A model generated the notes under the pieces. It was not told the origin of the DNA, made no database searches, and saw only the letters and a program-made list of their open reading frames with translations. Position numbers and translations under genes: made by a program. Shown piece by piece: positions 61,666 to 64,000 of a stretch of 64,000 nucleotides of DNA; positions within the stretch are counted from its first letter, which is position 1; each line of letters begins with the position of its first letter. The DNA is from Hemiscyllium ocellatum (lineage: Eukaryota), in contig NC_083417.1 in the NCBI RefSeq assembly GCF_020745735.1, positions 75,764,001 to 75,828,000 of the forward strand, in the 5' to 3' direction.

Positions 61666-62880
61666 AGACAATAGGACATAGGTGTGGATGTAAGGCCATT
61701 CGGCCCATCGAGTCCACTCCGCCATTCAATCATGTCTGATAGGCACTTCAACTCCACTTACCAGCATTCTCCCCGTAGCCCTTAATTCTTCGTGACTCTC
61801 TGGCGGAAGAAATGTCTCCACATTTCTGTTCTGAATTGACCCCCTCTAATTCTAAGGCTGTGTCCAGGGGTCCTAGTCTCCTCGCCTAATGGAAACAATT
61901 TCCTAGCATCCGCCGTTTCCAAGCCATGTATTGTCTAGTACGTTTCTATTAAGTCTCCCCTCAGTCTTCTAAACTCCAACGAATACAATCCCAGGATCCT
62001 CAGCCGTTCCTCGTATGTTAGACCAATCATTCCAGGGATCATCTGTGTGAATCTCCGCTGGACACTTCCAGTGCCAGTATGTCCTTCCTCAGATGTGGGG
62101 ACCAAAACTGGACACAGTACTCCAAAGGGGGCTTAACCAGAGCTTTATAAATTCTCAGTAGCACAACGGTGCTTTTATATTCCAACCCTCTTGAGATAAA
62201 TGAAAACATTGCATTCGCTTTCTTAATCACACATTCCACCTGCATGTTTACCTTTAGAAAATTCTCGACTAGCACTCCCAGATCCCTTTGTACTTTGGCT
62301 TTACGAATTTTCTCACCGTTTAGAAAGTAGTCTATGATTTTTTTCTTGTTTCCAAAGTGCAAGAACTCGCATTTGTTCACGTTGAATTCCATCAGCGATT
62401 TCCTGGACCACTCTCCCAAACTGTCTCGATCCTTCTGCAGCCTCCCCACTTCCTCAGTACTACCTGCCTGTCCACCTAACTTCGTACCATCAGCAAATTT
62501 CGCTAGAACGCCCCAGTCCCTTCATCCAGATCATTAATATATAATGTGAACAGCTGCGGCACCAACACCACTGGTCATCAGCTGCCATTCCAAAAAAGAA
62601 CCTTTTATACCAATTCTCTGCCTTCTGTCAGACAGCCAATCCTCAATCCATACCAGTAGCTCATCTCGAACATCATGGTCCCTCACCTTGCTCAGCAGCC
62701 TCCCGTGTGGCACCTTATCAAAGGCCTTTTGGGAGTCTAGATAGACCACATCCACTGGGTTTTCCTGGTCTAACCTACTTGTCACCTCTTCAAAGAATTC
62801 GAACAGGTTTGTCAGACACGAACTCCCCTTACTAAATCCATGTTGACTTGTTCTAATCAGACACTGCTTCCAATCTATTT
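61666..62880 (-). mobile_element. Second CR1 subfamily, RT C-terminal half and 3' tail, inserted into the previous LINE
   Basis: SQKAFDKVPHGRL, YKALVKPPLEYCVQFWSPHLRK; ATAAGA-type tail at about 61663-61680. Confidence 0.9.
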
Positions 62881-62939
62881 TTGTCAGTTCCTCCCTCATG
62901 CGCTCATAATTATCTTTATTTAACTGTAACACAATTACC

Positions 62940-64000
62940 TCCGATTTTGCATTCTCTCTTTAGGACTGCAGACTGAACTCTTCCATATTATGATCGCTGT
63001 CATCTTTCTTAAATAGTGTCATCACATTATCCAACTTTACAGGGTTCTGGCATCTCACCTTTGTCTATCAATGAGACAACTATCACAACAAACGGCCCGC
63101 AATCACTACTCTAGCTTCCCACAGAGATCCAGGGAATTTATTCATCTTTGTGTTTGTTTAGATATCCAACACATCCTCATCTGTGATATGGACATTTGTC
63201 AAGATGTCACCATCTATTTCTGTATTTTCCACGCCCTTCTCCATAGAAAACACTGATATATAATACATGTTTCGTATCTACCCCATCTCTTGTGGTTCCA
63301 CACATAGGCTGCCTTGCTGATCTTTGAGGGGTCATATTCTCTCCCTAGTTACCTTTTTGTCCTCTGTATTCTCCTTAACGTTATTTACCAAAACTGTCTA
63401 CTTTTTATCTTTATGTCCTCCTTATTTCTCTCCAAAACATATCCCTCGTGTCTTTATCGTCTTCTAAGCTTTCACTTTATCTCTGCTGTCTACACCTGAC
63501 ATATGCTTCATTCGTTTTCTTAATCAAACCCTTAATTTCTTCAGTCATCCAGCATTCCCTACACCTAACAGCCTTTCCGTTCATCTTCACAGGAAATACT
63601 GTCTCTGGATTCTCATTTTCTCACTTCTGAAGGTATCCCATTTTCCAACCATCCCTTTATCTGCGAATATCTGCACCCAATCAACTTTTTAAAGTTCTTG
63701 CCTAATGCCGTCAAAATTAGCTTTCCTCAACTTCAGAACTTTAACTTTTAGATCGTGTCTATTCTTTTCCATCACTACATTGAAATTAATAGAATTATGT
63801 ACGCTGGCCCCAAAGTGATCCCCCCGAGACCTAAGTCACTTGACCTCCCTTATTTCTCATGATTGATCAAGTTTTGCATTTTCTCTAGCAGGTACACCCA
63901 CATACTGAATCAGAACATTTTCTTGTACAGACTTAACAAATTTCTCTCCATCTATTCCCTTAGTCCTATGGCAGTCTCAGTCTATGTTTGGAAAGTTAAA
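62940..64000 (-). mobile_element. CR1 LINE EN-RT linker fragment, runs off the window
   Basis: Collinear with 15200-16250 (CTCCCTAGTTACC..TTTGTCC; TTTTCCATCACTA). Confidence 0.8.

Overview
Eukaryotic, repeat-rich genomic DNA from a cartilaginous fish. The HE1-type SINEs, CR1/HER1-type LINEs and Penelope-like elements point to an elasmobranch, probably a carpet or bamboo shark (inference). Most of the window is nested retroelement debris: CR1 LINEs, one decayed L1, four families of Penelope-like termini each carrying a minimal type-I hammerhead ribozyme core, an internally deleted class-I endogenous retrovirus (LTR-gag-pro-IN-env-LTR, about 22.9-28.3 kb), a second LTR with a tRNA-Pro-like PBS, and a MITE. 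Three host genes can be reconstructed from splice sites and protein motifs that the ORF track mostly misses. (1) A minus-strand Ig-superfamily receptor 3' half: decayed C1 exon, TM exon 4940-5056, ITIM exon 3660-3745, and a terminal exon 1666-1839 whose putative motif tyrosines are all substituted. (2) A plus-strand V-C1-TM-ITIM/ITSM-like receptor, 35049-42471, with a nonsense codon in V and a frameshift in C1, bracketed by a 1.25-kb direct repeat. (3) An intact two-exon, 325-aa GPR139/GPR142-like class A GPCR on the minus strand (55828-55912 joined to 46910-47802). A 167-N assembly gap lies at 38724-38890. All family assignments come from motif recognition by eye; no database searches were run.
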